From a virus: a DNA stretch of 64,000 bases. Where the stretch lies: the IMG/VR virus record IMGVR_UViG_3300025138_000013, one strand, 5' to 3'. Position numbers and translations under genes: made by a program. Of this stretch, positions 1-9,872 are shown in pieces; the first letter of the stretch is position 1, and every line of letters begins with the position of its first letter. Below the pieces are notes generated by a model. It made no database searches. It was given only the letters and a program-made list of their open reading frames with translations, and was not told the DNA's origin.

Positions 1-1
1 C

Positions 2-730
2 GAAAGAAGAATATTCTACATCGATGTAGGTAACCTTCCAAAAGCAAAAGCAGAACAGTATCTTGCTGATGTAATGAACCGATACAAGAACAAGTTGGTT
101 TACAATGCAGATACAGGTGAAATCAAAGATGATAGAAAACATATGAGTATGTTAGAAGATTTTTGGTTACCTAGAAGAGAAGGTGGTAGAGGAACAGAGA
201 TTACTACATTGCCAGGCGGACAAAACCTAGCAGATATAGATGATATCGAATACTTCAAGAAGAAGTTATATCAGTCTCTAAACGTACCTTCATCTAGAAT
301 GGAAGCAGACAATGGGTTTAACATGGGTCGTGCTTCAGAGATTTCTAGAGATGAACTTAAGTTTAATAAGTTCACAAACAGACTTCAGAAGAAGTTTGGA
401 AGAGTTTTTACAGACATTCTTAAGACACAATTAGTACTTAAGGAAGTCGTAACAGGTGAAGAGTTCGATAAAATAAAGGACTTTTTCCTGTATGATTATG
501 CAACAGACAACCACTTTACAGAGTTGAAAGATGCAGAAATTTTAAGAGAGAGATTAGATACTCTCGGTCAGGCAGCTGATTACATTGGTAAATACTACTC
601 AGATGAATATATCAGAAAGTATGTACTAAGACAAACAGAAGAAGACATAAAAATAATTGATGCCCAAATCAAAAAAGAAGGAAGTGATGAGGGTGGAGAC
701 GATAACGAAGATGACTTCGGTGGATTTTAG
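2..730 (+). CDS. gp20: Portal vertex protein, C-terminal part (5' truncated by window)
   Basis: Frame open from base 2 (ERRIFYIDVGNLPKAKAEQYL); EDFWLPRREGGRGTEITTLPGGQNL is the T4-type portal signature. Confidence 0.97.
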   Translation, partial: ERRIFYIDVGNLPKAKAEQYLADVMNRYKNKLVYNADTGEIKDDRKHMSMLEDFWLPRREGGRGTEITTLPGGQNLADIDDIEYFKKKLYQSLNVPSSRMEADNGFNMGRASEISRDELKFNKFTNRLQKKFGRVFTDILKTQLVLKEVVTGEEFDKIKDFFLYDYATDNHFTELKDAEILRERLDTLGQAADYIGKYYSDEYIRKYVLRQTEEDIKIIDAQIKKEGSDEGGDDNEDDFGGF

Positions 731-739
731 GAGTAAATT

Positions 740-916
740 ATGAGTAGCGAAATAGCAAAACAAATCGTTGACCAAATAGAAGCAGGTCAACTTGAAGCTG
801 CAAAAGGTTCTATCGGTGATGGAATTAAGAAAGCAGCTGCAGATGCAGTAGACATGAAGAGAGTTAATGCTCAAGTCGACTGGATGGATGCACCACAGGA
901 ACCTACAGGAGAGTAG
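740..916 (+). CDS. gp67: Small prohead core protein, gp67-like (58 aa, not in ORF track)
   Basis: AGGAG SD, ATG at 740, MSSEIAKQIVDQIEAGQLEAAK...; syntenic position right after portal. Confidence 0.7.
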   Translation: MSSEIAKQIVDQIEAGQLEAAKGSIGDGIKKAAADAVDMKRVNAQVDWMDAPQEPTGE

Positions 917-917
917 A

Positions 918-1220
918 GTGAAGTCCTTTAAAACAGTACAACTAGAACTTAACGAGGCAAAAATTAAATTGCCAAGTGGTTCCAAAGAACTTAAAGTTGA
1001 TGTTGCAAAGGTCGGTGGTAAGAAGATATCTGTATCTTATGTTCAGAACAAAAGAAATAAGGTAGATGTATATCTAGATGGTAATCTCTTTAGTGGAGAT
1101 TCACCATATAAAGATTTAAAAGCTGCAGAGAAAGAAATGAAAGACATTAAAAAAATAATGTCAAACATGTCCGAAGAAGGTATAAACATAGAGGAAATTA
1201 TAAATGAAATTAATATCTGA
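918..1220 (+). CDS. gp68: Prohead core protein at the gp68 position
   Basis: GTG start at 918 after AGGAG; MKSF...LNEA protease-type motif; lies between gp67-like gene and gp21. Confidence 0.55.
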   Translation: MKSFKTVQLELNEAKIKLPSGSKELKVDVAKVGGKKISVSYVQNKRNKVDVYLDGNLFSGDSPYKDLKAAEKEMKDIKKIMSNMSEEGINIEEIINEINI

Positions 1221-1857
1221 ATATAATGACTATCAAATGTCACCAGTAATCATTGAAGCAAATGAGAAAGGACAGAAGGAATACTTCATAGAAGGAGTGT
1301 TCATGCAGTCAGAAATTAAAAACCGTAACGGTAGAGTTTATCCTAAAGAGATAATGGAAAAAGAAGTTAACCGTTATAGAAAAGAATTCGTTGAGAAGGA
1401 TAGAGCATTTGGAGAACTCGGACATCCCGAGGGCCCGACTATTAATCTTGACAAAGTGTCCCATTTAATTACATCTTTAGAAGAAGATGGTAACAATTAT
1501 ATTGGACGTGCAAAGATTTTGAGCACACCCAACGGTCAGATTGTAAGAAATCTAATCGATGATGGTGCCAAATTGGGAGTATCATCTAGAGGATTAGGTT
1601 CCTTAGAAGAAAAAGGTGGTGCTCAATACGTAAAAGGTGACTTCCAATTGGCAACAGCAGCCGATATAGTTGCAGACCCATCTGCTCCCGAGGCCTTCGT
1701 TGAAGGTATATACGAGGGTGTAGAGTGGATTATGTCTAACGGTATATTGAAAGCAGTTGATTCGGAGAGCATGAGAACCCAATTAAGGGGTGCTAAACTG
1801 AATAAATTAGAAGAAACCAAGTTAAATCTATGGAAAAGGTTTGTTGAAAGCCTATAA
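1204..1857 (+). CDS. gp21: Prohead core protease
   Basis: NRNGRVYP, GELGHP, GVSSRGLGS, DIVADPSAP motifs. Confidence 0.97.
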   Translation: MKLISEYNDYQMSPVIIEANEKGQKEYFIEGVFMQSEIKNRNGRVYPKEIMEKEVNRYRKEFVEKDRAFGELGHPEGPTINLDKVSHLITSLEEDGNNYIGRAKILSTPNGQIVRNLIDDGAKLGVSSRGLGSLEEKGGAQYVKGDFQLATAADIVADPSAPEAFVEGIYEGVEWIMSNGILKAVDSESMRTQLRGAKLNKLEETKLNLWKRFVESL

Positions 1858-1895
1858 CATATAAATAAAAAAGTAAACTCAAACAGGAGAAAAAC

Positions 1896-3236
1896 ATGGC
1901 AGAGTTAGAAAATAACCTAGAAAGTACAGAAGTAGAAGTTTCTGAAGCGAAACAACCTACAGACGGTGCTCAAAAAGGTGACGCGAAACCTGTTAAGCAA
2001 GGTTCATCAGATGCCGAGAAAATCGAAAGCGGTAAAGCTGAAGTCGTCAAACCCGAAGAAAATCCTGTTGACAAAGCAGTTGATGCACAGAAGAAAGCAG
2101 AAAATGTGAAACCAGTTAAGTCTGACCCACATCAAAAGAATGCTGGAAAAGGTGACAGTCAACCTAAACTTGCAAAAGTTTCAGAAGAAGAAGACTCTAA
2201 AGATGTTGTTAAGGCAACAAAAATGGAATCAATCAAAGCTATCGTCAACAACATGAAGGAAATGACTAAGGAAGAACTTCAAACTAGATTCAGTTCTATA
2301 TCAGAAGAAGAAGTTGACGAAACCTTGACTAAAGCAGAAGTAGCTAGAAAAATTGTTGAATCACTAAAGTCTATGGACGAAGAAGCAGTATCAGATATTG
2401 CTGAGAAGTGGTCTAAGGAAGAAGAAGAGGAAGAAGAAGTCAAAGAGGAAATCGTTGACGAAGAAACTTCTGCAGAGCTCGAAGCAAATCTAGTCGAGAT
2501 TGAAGTAGAAGACGACCTATCTAAAATCTCAGAAGCATTAGATTTATCAGATGAAAATGCTGATAAAGCTAGAACTATCTTCAAGGCTGCAGTCTCATCT
2601 AAAGTAGAAGAGATTAAAGAGTCTTTAGAAAATCAATATTCAGAAGAATTAAAATCCTCAGTAGAAAAAGTCAAAGCCGACCTCGCAGAAGGCGTTGACA
2701 AGTATCTTTCTTATGTTGCGGAAGAGTGGACGAAAGAAAACGAACTTGCAATTGAAAGAGGATTGAGAGCTGAGATGACTGAAAACTTCATCGACGGATT
2801 GAAAACATTGTTCACAGAACATTATGTTGACGTTCCCGAAGATAAGTATAACGTTATCGATGAACTCGCAAATCGTCTCGACGAGATGGAACAGAAACTT
2901 GATGGTGAAGTCAGTAAAAATATTGACATTACAGAAGAGTTAGATGCCCTCAAGAGAAGTAACGTGGTAAAGACTGCTGGTGACAGTTTGTCTGAATCAC
3001 AAAAAGAGAAGCTAGAATCATTATCAAATGGTGTAGACTTCAAAGATGAAGCAGACTTCGCTGAGAAGATTGCAGAAATCGCTGAAGCTTACTTCCCAAG
3101 TGATATTGATAAACTAGTTGAGGATACTATTGTAGAAGAAGGAACAGGGGAAATTTCTGAAGAGAAAGAACCAGTACTTGCTCCCGATATGCAACAGTAC
3201 ACTCAAGCAATAACTAAACTAAATCCATTAGGATAA
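1896..3236 (+). CDS. gp22: Prohead core scaffold protein
   Basis: Acidic helical protein with KARTIFKAAV and VDKYLSYVAEEW...ENELAIERGL; preceded by TATAAATA and AGGAG; between gp21 and gp23. Confidence 0.95.
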   Translation: MAELENNLESTEVEVSEAKQPTDGAQKGDAKPVKQGSSDAEKIESGKAEVVKPEENPVDKAVDAQKKAENVKPVKSDPHQKNAGKGDSQPKLAKVSEEEDSKDVVKATKMESIKAIVNNMKEMTKEELQTRFSSISEEEVDETLTKAEVARKIVESLKSMDEEAVSDIAEKWSKEEEEEEEVKEEIVDEETSAELEANLVEIEVEDDLSKISEALDLSDENADKARTIFKAAVSSKVEEIKESLENQYSEELKSSVEKVKADLAEGVDKYLSYVAEEWTKENELAIERGLRAEMTENFIDGLKTLFTEHYVDVPEDKYNVIDELANRLDEMEQKLDGEVSKNIDITEELDALKRSNVVKTAGDSLSESQKEKLESLSNGVDFKDEADFAEKIAEIAEAYFPSDIDKLVEDTIVEEGTGEISEEKEPVLAPDMQQYTQAITKLNPLG

Positions 3237-3252
3237 TTTAAAGGAAAATAAA

Positions 3253-4554
3253 ATGTTTTTATCAGAAAACTTACAAGAGAAGTGGCAACCGATTCTAGAA
3301 CACTCCGATTTACCAAAAATCGAAGATAACTACAAGCGTGCTGTTACTGCTGTTATTCTTGAAAACCAAGAGAAGGCCCTTTTCGAAGAAGGCCAAACCC
3401 TTGAAGAAGCAGCACCTTTAAATGCTACTGGAAGTTCTGCAGTTGCTAACTGGAATCCAATCTTGATTTCATTAGTACGTAGAGCTATGCCAAATCTCGT
3501 TGCATACGACATTTGTGGTGTTCAGCCTATGACAGGCCCAACAGGACTTATATTTGCTATGAAAGCAAGATATAACGACTATCCATCTGTAGGAAGAGAA
3601 GGTAAAACTGAAGCATTACATGCTGAAGCAGATACTAAATATTCCAATGACAACCAAGTTGTCGCAGACGGCCCTTTAGCAACACGTAATAGTGACCCAT
3701 TCAATGGTTCATATGCGTCTGATACAGGTGCGGGAATGTCTACAGCAAGTGCAGAAGCACTTGGTGATGTTGAAGCATCAAACGGTTTCGCTCAAATGGC
3801 ATTCACCATTGAGAAAGCAACTGTTACAGCACAATCCAGAGCATTAAAAGCTGAGTACACACTCGAATTAGCACAAGACCTCAAAGCAATCCACGGTCTT
3901 GATGCAGAATCAGAACTAGCAAATATTCTTTCATCAGAAATTCTTGCTGAAATCAACCGTGAAGTTATCAGAAATGTTAACATCCAAGCAAAAACTGGTG
4001 CAGCTGCAACAGCTGTTGCAGGAACGTTCAACTTAGACGTTGACGCAAACGGAAGATGGTCAGTTGAGAAATTCAAAGGATTATTGTTCCAAATAGAAAG
4101 AGAAAGCAACTTCATCGCTAAAGATACACGTAGAGGAAAAGGTAACTTTATCCTATGTTCATCTGATGTAGCTTCTGCTCTATCTATGGCAGGTGTATTA
4201 GATTACGCTCCTGCTCTTAACACTAACTTAAACGTTGACGACACAGGCAATACATTTGCTGGTATCTTAAACGGAAGAGTTAAAGTATATGTTGACCCAT
4301 ATGCTGGTGTTGACTACTTAACAGTAGGTTATAGAGGAACTAACCCTTATGATGCTGGTATGTTCTACTGCCCTTACGTTCCATTACAAATGGTTCGTGC
4401 AGTTGGCGAGAACACATTCCAACCAAAAATCGGTTTCAAAACTAGATATGGTATGGTTTCAAATCCATTTGTCGGTGCTACACCAGCAAACGGACTTGCA
4501 TCAGCAGGTACTAACCAGTACTACAGAAAATTTGCAGTGTCAAACATTCTGTAA
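3253..4554 (+). CDS. gp23: Major capsid protein
   Basis: LVRRAMPNLVAYDICGVQPMTGPTGLIFAM, ELAQDLKAIHGLDAE, FQPKIGFKTRYG. Confidence 0.99.
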   Translation: MFLSENLQEKWQPILEHSDLPKIEDNYKRAVTAVILENQEKALFEEGQTLEEAAPLNATGSSAVANWNPILISLVRRAMPNLVAYDICGVQPMTGPTGLIFAMKARYNDYPSVGREGKTEALHAEADTKYSNDNQVVADGPLATRNSDPFNGSYASDTGAGMSTASAEALGDVEASNGFAQMAFTIEKATVTAQSRALKAEYTLELAQDLKAIHGLDAESELANILSSEILAEINREVIRNVNIQAKTGAAATAVAGTFNLDVDANGRWSVEKFKGLLFQIERESNFIAKDTRRGKGNFILCSSDVASALSMAGVLDYAPALNTNLNVDDTGNTFAGILNGRVKVYVDPYAGVDYLTVGYRGTNPYDAGMFYCPYVPLQMVRAVGENTFQPKIGFKTRYGMVSNPFVGATPANGLASAGTNQYYRKFAVSNIL

Positions 4555-4614
4555 GGACTTCGGTTCTAATTCCTTCGGGAATACTAAAAACCCCTCTCAC
4601 GAGGGGTTTTTTTT
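4554..4614 (+). terminator. Two UUCG-capped hairpins followed by an intrinsic terminator after gp23
   Basis: AGGAC-TTCG-GTTCT (4554-4567), ATTCC-TTCG-GGAAT (4569-4582), AAAAACCCCTC-TCAC-GAGGGGTTTTT plus T-run (4586-4614). Confidence 0.9.
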
Positions 4615-4630
4615 GGCGATAAATACCTGT

Positions 4631-5422
4631 ATGAAGATGATTAAGTATGGTGAAGGGTTGGAAGGTTTCTTTAAATGGAAGAATGAAACTACAGGTCAAA
4701 TAGATACAATGTACCTACCAACAGAAAAAAGAGTTCAAAAAGTTATTGATTGTAAAGGCGAAGACTGGTTTGATGGGAAGACTATCCTAGAACTAGGAAC
4801 TGCACATGGATTGATTGGTAGACACTTTGAGAAACTAGGTGCAACGGTTTCCTATGCAGATGCAAGACAAGAACTACTGGATTCCATAGAAACAGACTCA
4901 GAGAAGTTGTGTATCAATCATAATGAAGAGTGGTCATTTAATAGAAAGTGGGATTTGATTATTCACTTTGGTACTCTATATCATGTCCAAAATATATATG
5001 ATGATTTGAGAAGAGCATTCAATCATGCAGACGAAATGTTTTTGGAAACTGCAGTTAATACATTACCAACAGCTGAACCGTGGTTCAGACAAGAAGAGAT
5101 GTCTACAGTTTGGGTAGATACAGGCATGCAGAAAAAAAATTCTAGGATATTTAATGGGTTTGATATGTGGGAAGCTATGTTCAATGATACTCATGTAGAA
5201 ACATACTTAGACGAGATAGGTAAGACTTATACAAGGTACGATGATGAAGATTTGAATACCGACTTTGGTATAATCGTACCTAACGAAGTGTATAGAAGAG
5301 ATGTATACGATTGGACACTGGAAGATGTACATCCTAAAAACCCAAACCAACCAGTCAAACATGCATCCATACCACCAAATTATGTTCACTTCCGTAGGTT
5401 CTGGCATATCCAAACACCATAA
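4631..5422 (+). CDS. Class I SAM-dependent methyltransferase
   Basis: KTILELGTAHGLIG motif I, WDLIIHFGTLYH; start set at 4631 because the longer track ORF overlaps gp23 and its terminator; TAAATA box 5 nt upstream. Confidence 0.75.
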   Translation: MKMIKYGEGLEGFFKWKNETTGQIDTMYLPTEKRVQKVIDCKGEDWFDGKTILELGTAHGLIGRHFEKLGATVSYADARQELLDSIETDSEKLCINHNEEWSFNRKWDLIIHFGTLYHVQNIYDDLRRAFNHADEMFLETAVNTLPTAEPWFRQEEMSTVWVDTGMQKKNSRIFNGFDMWEAMFNDTHVETYLDEIGKTYTRYDDEDLNTDFGIIVPNEVYRRDVYDWTLEDVHPKNPNQPVKHASIPPNYVHFRRFWHIQTP

Positions 5423-5470
5423 ATACAAGGTACAATACAGTACATTACACATACACACACAGGAGAAAAT

Positions 5471-5686
5471 ATGAGTAATTCAAAATCGGGGTTCGAAATC
5501 AGAGCCGACTTATTATCACAAGCAGAAGGTCTTTTGACCTCTAATTATCAGAGGGAAGTTGACGCTATCTATGCACACAACGATTCATTCCCAAATGATA
5601 AGAAACCTTTACCACTAAGAGAAATCACTGGTGAAGAGGTTATTAGAACTGCAAGACAACTTAATGAGTTTGTAACTGAGAAGTAA
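5471..5686 (+). CDS. Hypothetical small protein
   Basis: AGGAG SD, late box CATAAATA near 5418, GFEIRADLL...ARQLNEFV. Confidence 0.8.
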   Translation: MSNSKSGFEIRADLLSQAEGLLTSNYQREVDAIYAHNDSFPNDKKPLPLREITGEEVIRTARQLNEFVTEK

Positions 5687-5737
5687 CCTAAATACTATTG
5701 TGGGATGAATTATTCATCCCCTTTAAAGAGAAATATT

Positions 5738-5950
5738 ATGTACGATAAACAAATCAATGTGAAAGAAGGCCCATGGGAGAAATCAGTTTTTCCTAATGGA
5801 GTTGAAACAACAAATGTATTGAGTCGCAAGACCATTACAACATTCATAAAAGATGGATATCTTTGTGAAGAAACAACAACAAGAGAGTATAGAGGAGAAG
5901 ACTATCATGACACTACCTCTAACAAAAGGATAACTAGAGTACATGGTTGA
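5738..5950 (+). CDS. Hypothetical protein
   Basis: ATG at 5738 after AAGAG; downstream of CTAAATA (5688) and a leader hairpin. Confidence 0.65.
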   Translation: MYDKQINVKEGPWEKSVFPNGVETTNVLSRKTITTFIKDGYLCEETTTREYRGEDYHDTTSNKRITRVHG

Positions 5951-6479
5951 TATTAATAAATCCATTCTCAATAAGAATAATTTTAGACTTCTTATTGATA
6001 AGATACCCACAACAGAATACTATATTAAGAAGTGTAATATTCCTGGCGTGCAGTTTACAGAAATTGCACAAGGTGCTGGTGTTGGATTGGATGCATATTT
6101 TCCAGGCGACAAGGTTACGTTTGAAAATCTCTCAGTAGATTTCTTAGTCGATGAAGACTTATCAAACTTTAAAGAAGTATATGATTGGATGAATGCAATC
6201 GTACCAATCAAAGACCCATCTGATTATGCATCCTATGTTGGTAGTAAACAAACTGCAACTGGTACCTCTGCATCCCTAGGTGGAACTGATAAAGAGATGT
6301 CAGACATAACTTTGATTACAACAACCAACAAAAATATACCTAATAAATACTTTAGATTTCATGACTGTTTCCCAATCAGTTTGAGTGGTTTAGAGTTTGA
6401 ATCGGGTGCAGACGGAGAGGCTGTAGTAGCCACTATTGAATTTAAGTTTACTTACTACGACATAGAAACCACTAGTTAA
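5943..6479 (+). CDS. gp3: Tail completion / tube terminator protein
   Basis: NIPGV, PGDKVTFENLSVDFLVDEDLSNFKEVYDWM, FHDCFPISLSGLEF; synteny with uvsY-uvsW. Confidence 0.85.
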   Translation: MVDINKSILNKNNFRLLIDKIPTTEYYIKKCNIPGVQFTEIAQGAGVGLDAYFPGDKVTFENLSVDFLVDEDLSNFKEVYDWMNAIVPIKDPSDYASYVGSKQTATGTSASLGGTDKEMSDITLITTTNKNIPNKYFRFHDCFPISLSGLEFESGADGEAVVATIEFKFTYYDIETTS

Positions 6480-6508
6480 AACCCACCTTTTGTGGTATAA
6501 TATACATT

Positions 6509-6952
6509 ATGACTTTAGATGAATTGAAAGCCCAATGGGCAAATGACTGTGAAATAGATGACATTGAATTGGATACAGCATCCTTGGCTGTTCCTCAACT
6601 CCATGCAAAATATCAAGACTTACTTACCAGTAAGATTCTAGTCCTTAAAAAATACCAAGAAAATTATAACTCTTTACTTAAAGATAAGTGGTTGTGGTTC
6701 AATGGAAAAATGGATGACGATAGAATTAAAGAATTAGGTTGGGAACCCGACCCATTCAATGGTCTAAAAATAATGAAGAACGATATGAGTATCTTCTTCA
6801 ACGCAGATAAAGATTTACAAGAACTCAATGCAAAGATTGAGTACCTCAAGGTTACTGTAGACTTTCTCAAAGAATGTATGCAGAACATAACATGGAGACA
6901 CCAAACGATTAAGAACACTATCGATTGGAGAAAGTTTATGGCTGGACAATAA
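6509..6952 (+). CDS. uvsY: Recombination mediator UvsY
   Basis: PQLHAKY, FNADKDL, IKNTIDWRKFMAG. Confidence 0.92.
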   Translation: MTLDELKAQWANDCEIDDIELDTASLAVPQLHAKYQDLLTSKILVLKKYQENYNSLLKDKWLWFNGKMDDDRIKELGWEPDPFNGLKIMKNDMSIFFNADKDLQELNAKIEYLKVTVDFLKECMQNITWRHQTIKNTIDWRKFMAGQ

Positions 6953-7665
6953 TGAATCTAAAAAATCACTTATGGACATACCCCTCACTACTAACTTCAG
7001 ACGAAGTTGAATTTATTAATGGTAAGGCAATGGAGTTTCCTCTAGAGGAAGGTGCAGTTGGGCAAGGTGGAAGACTAGACTTAGACCCCGATGGAGAAGA
7101 CAGGGGTAAAGAAAGAGCTGCTGGTGGAGACGGTGGTAAGGTTGTAGATAATATTAGAGCATCTGATATTAGATGGATTTTTGGTAATGCACAAGAAAAC
7201 TTAGGTGATGTTTGGACAAAGATTAATGATGCAGTAACAATGGGAATGAAGCAAAGTGGTTGGAATGTTGAGATAGAAAATGTAGAACCATTGCAACATA
7301 CAACCTATCATGCAAAACAAGGTTCACGTGGTGGGTTCTACACATGGCATACAGATGCTAGTGATGAACCATATGCAAATAGTGGTATGATTAGAAAACT
7401 AAGTTTCTCTCTACAGTTAACAGACCCCGATGAATATGAGGGTGGTAACTTTCAATGGATAGAAGATGTCCGTGCAAAGGATACACTCACACCTAATGAT
7501 TATACAAGAGACATGAGAGATTACTATAGACAGATTCCAAATTCTGCAAAACAAAAAGGTTCATTAGTATTGTTCCCTTCATTTGTACACCATCAAGTAA
7601 CACCAGTTACACAAGGATGTAGAACTTCCCTAGTGGGATGGTTCATAGGATATCCATACAAATAA
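6952..7665 (+). CDS. 2OG-Fe(II) oxygenase (PKHD/prolyl-hydroxylase type)
   Basis: FYTWHTD, RKLSFSLQL, YEGG, FPSFVHHQVTPVTQGCRTSLVGW; TAATG coupling to uvsY. Confidence 0.9.
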   Translation: MNLKNHLWTYPSLLTSDEVEFINGKAMEFPLEEGAVGQGGRLDLDPDGEDRGKERAAGGDGGKVVDNIRASDIRWIFGNAQENLGDVWTKINDAVTMGMKQSGWNVEIENVEPLQHTTYHAKQGSRGGFYTWHTDASDEPYANSGMIRKLSFSLQLTDPDEYEGGNFQWIEDVRAKDTLTPNDYTRDMRDYYRQIPNSAKQKGSLVLFPSFVHHQVTPVTQGCRTSLVGWFIGYPYK

Positions 7666-7666
7666 A

Positions 7667-9067
7667 ATGAAAGTCACAGTCTCGAAGGTAGATGAGTGTT
7701 TCATGAGGGTAGACTGTGATGATGGTTTAGCCAAAGACCTACATGATTACTTTTCCTTTACCGTACCAAACGCAAAATTCATGCCAAGTTATAAGAACAA
7801 ATGGTGGGATGGTAAGGTATATCTTTTCTCAATCAAAACACACAAAATTTATATTGGATTACTACCATACGTAGATGAGTTCTGTAGAGAAAGAGGATAT
7901 GCATTTGCTGGTATTGGTGATGTCATTGGACATAAACACAAATTAAAAGATTGGAACATCAAAGATTTAAACTTACCGTTTGAACCTAGAGACTATCAGA
8001 TAGATGCATTTGAGTCCACAGTTAAGTACGGTAGACAACTATTGTTATCACCCACTGCAAGTGGTAAGTCTCTTATCATTTATATGTTGGCCAGATACTA
8101 TAACATGAAAACAATAATAATTGTTCCTACTACATCATTAGTGGAACAGATGGCAGGAGACTTTAAGGAGTATGGATATGATAAAGAGATATGTAAAATT
8201 TATAGTGGTAAACCTGTTTTCCCTTCTGACATTACGATATCAACATGGCAAAGTTTTAGTAAAGCACCTAAAGAAGTCATGCAATCGTTTGATGTAGTTA
8301 TAGGAGACGAAGCACATCTATTTAAAGCAAACGTATTGAAAGGTATTCTTGAGAAGATGAAGACTACTGCAGTACGAATTGGTTGTACTGGTACACTAGA
8401 CGGAACAGAAGTACATAGATTACAACTAGAAGGTTTGTTTGGCCCAGTCAAGAAAGTCATATCAACAAAAGAATTAATGGACAAAGGTACGATTGCAAAT
8501 CTTTCTATAGATTGTGTCATACTCCGTCATACAAAACAAAAGAAAATGTCATACCAAGATGAGATGGATTACCTAGTATCAAATGAATTACGTAATGACT
8601 TCTTATGCAACCTTGTCTATTCTCTGAAAGGAAATACTTTAGTATTGTTTCAGTTTGTAGAGAAACATGGTAGTCTACTACATCAAAAGATGTTTAAAAG
8701 ACTGGGTGACAAGCTTCATTATGTTTACGGTGGTACAGATGTTGCAGACCGTGAGGCTGTAAGAGAGTATGTAGAAAAGGCAGATGACAATGTCATACTT
8801 GCATCATACGGAACCTTCTCAACTGGTGTAAACATTAAACGTATAGACAATATTGTCTTTGCATCACCATCAAAAAGTCGAATTAGAAACCTTCAATCTA
8901 TAGGTAGAGGTCTTCGTAAGGTCGATGGTAAAGATTCCATGAGGTTGTTTGATATATCAGATGATTTGCAGTGTGAGAATCATACTATCAATCACCTTAA
9001 AGAACGTATAAATATATACAACGAGGAAAACTTTAACTACGAGATAAGGCAGTTCGACTTAAAATGA
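7667..9067 (+). CDS. uvsW: SF2 helicase UvsW
   Basis: SPTASGKS, GDEAH, QSIGRGLR. Confidence 0.96.
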   Translation: MKVTVSKVDECFMRVDCDDGLAKDLHDYFSFTVPNAKFMPSYKNKWWDGKVYLFSIKTHKIYIGLLPYVDEFCRERGYAFAGIGDVIGHKHKLKDWNIKDLNLPFEPRDYQIDAFESTVKYGRQLLLSPTASGKSLIIYMLARYYNMKTIIIVPTTSLVEQMAGDFKEYGYDKEICKIYSGKPVFPSDITISTWQSFSKAPKEVMQSFDVVIGDEAHLFKANVLKGILEKMKTTAVRIGCTGTLDGTEVHRLQLEGLFGPVKKVISTKELMDKGTIANLSIDCVILRHTKQKKMSYQDEMDYLVSNELRNDFLCNLVYSLKGNTLVLFQFVEKHGSLLHQKMFKRLGDKLHYVYGGTDVADREAVREYVEKADDNVILASYGTFSTGVNIKRIDNIVFASPSKSRIRNLQSIGRGLRKVDGKDSMRLFDISDDLQCENHTINHLKERINIYNEENFNYEIRQFDLK

Positions 9068-9525
9068 CATCACCACAAGATTTAACAAACAGAAAGTACG
9101 AGGTTGTAAAGCTGAAGACTGGTAGTGAGATTGTAGGTATGGTAAGAGATACAAACAACGGTGTTGAAATAACTTTACCTATGATATGTCAACTAACTGT
9201 TCAAGACAAACTCAATACACTTGCTACGTTTTATCCGTATGCACCCTTGAGTGAAGACCCAATTATTATGTTACCAGTAGACCAAGTGTTATATAGAAGT
9301 GTAATGAATCAACAATTCATTCCCTTTTATGATGAGGCTTCCTCTAGATGGTTGGAGATGGTTGAAACACAATCAATCCCTTTAACTAATCAAAAAATAA
9401 CCACGGACGATGTGAGGCGTGATTACTTGAATAAAGTAATGGAGTCTCTAATCCCCGAAGACTTAGAGTTAATTGAAGAAGATTTTGAAATTGAAGACTT
9501 CGACCCGAAGAAAACAATTCATTAG
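9064..9525 (+). CDS. Hypothetical protein typical of the uvsW-gp55 interval
   Basis: ATGA-type overlap with uvsW; VVKLKTGSEIVG N-terminus; acidic tail ending KKTIH. Confidence 0.75.
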   Translation: MTSPQDLTNRKYEVVKLKTGSEIVGMVRDTNNGVEITLPMICQLTVQDKLNTLATFYPYAPLSEDPIIMLPVDQVLYRSVMNQQFIPFYDEASSRWLEMVETQSIPLTNQKITTDDVRRDYLNKVMESLIPEDLELIEEDFEIEDFDPKKTIH

Positions 9526-9609
9526 GTTTTTTATTTGTCTAAATAAGTGCGTATCATCCATGGTTATAACAGGATATACAAAATTTTTATATAACTTTAC
9601 AGGAAAACT

Positions 9610-9771
9610 ATGTCCACAGCAACATTATTTGCAAAGAGCATGGTGCGAAAAGCTAGAGAAGTTTCAGATAACAAATTCGTTTGTGAAATCTGTGACACTA
9701 TCGAATTTCTAGTTCTATTGACTCTTCCATTTGCGTTACCATTTTTGATTATTCTATCATCTGCTGGTTAA
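9610..9771 (+). CDS. Membrane microprotein (53 aa, not in ORF track)
   Basis: AGGA SD; MSTATLFAKSMVRKAREV...FLVLLTLPFALPFLIILSSAG; first gene after CTAAATA at 9539. Confidence 0.7.
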   Translation: MSTATLFAKSMVRKAREVSDNKFVCEICDTIEFLVLLTLPFALPFLIILSSAG

Positions 9772-9872
9772 TGCTTAAGCACAAACTACATAAACTACGA
9801 GAACAGACAGAGGTAGTATTTCTCTGTCTGATTTTCTGTGCGTCTATCGCAGCGTTGGTACCTAATGTCTGA
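9771..9872 (+). CDS. Membrane microprotein (33 aa)
   Basis: TAATG coupling; MLKHKLHKLREQTEVVFLCLIFCASIAALVPNV. Confidence 0.55.
   Translation: MLKHKLHKLREQTEVVFLCLIFCASIAALVPNV

Noticed and set aside
4349-4630. N-terminal extension of the methyltransferase ORF
   Set aside because: Overlaps gp23 and crosses the terminator; the late box supports a start at 4631
9473-9712. 79-aa + strand ORF from the track
   Set aside because: Spans the late promoter and has no SD; the SD-led ORF at 9610 in another frame fits the coupled chain
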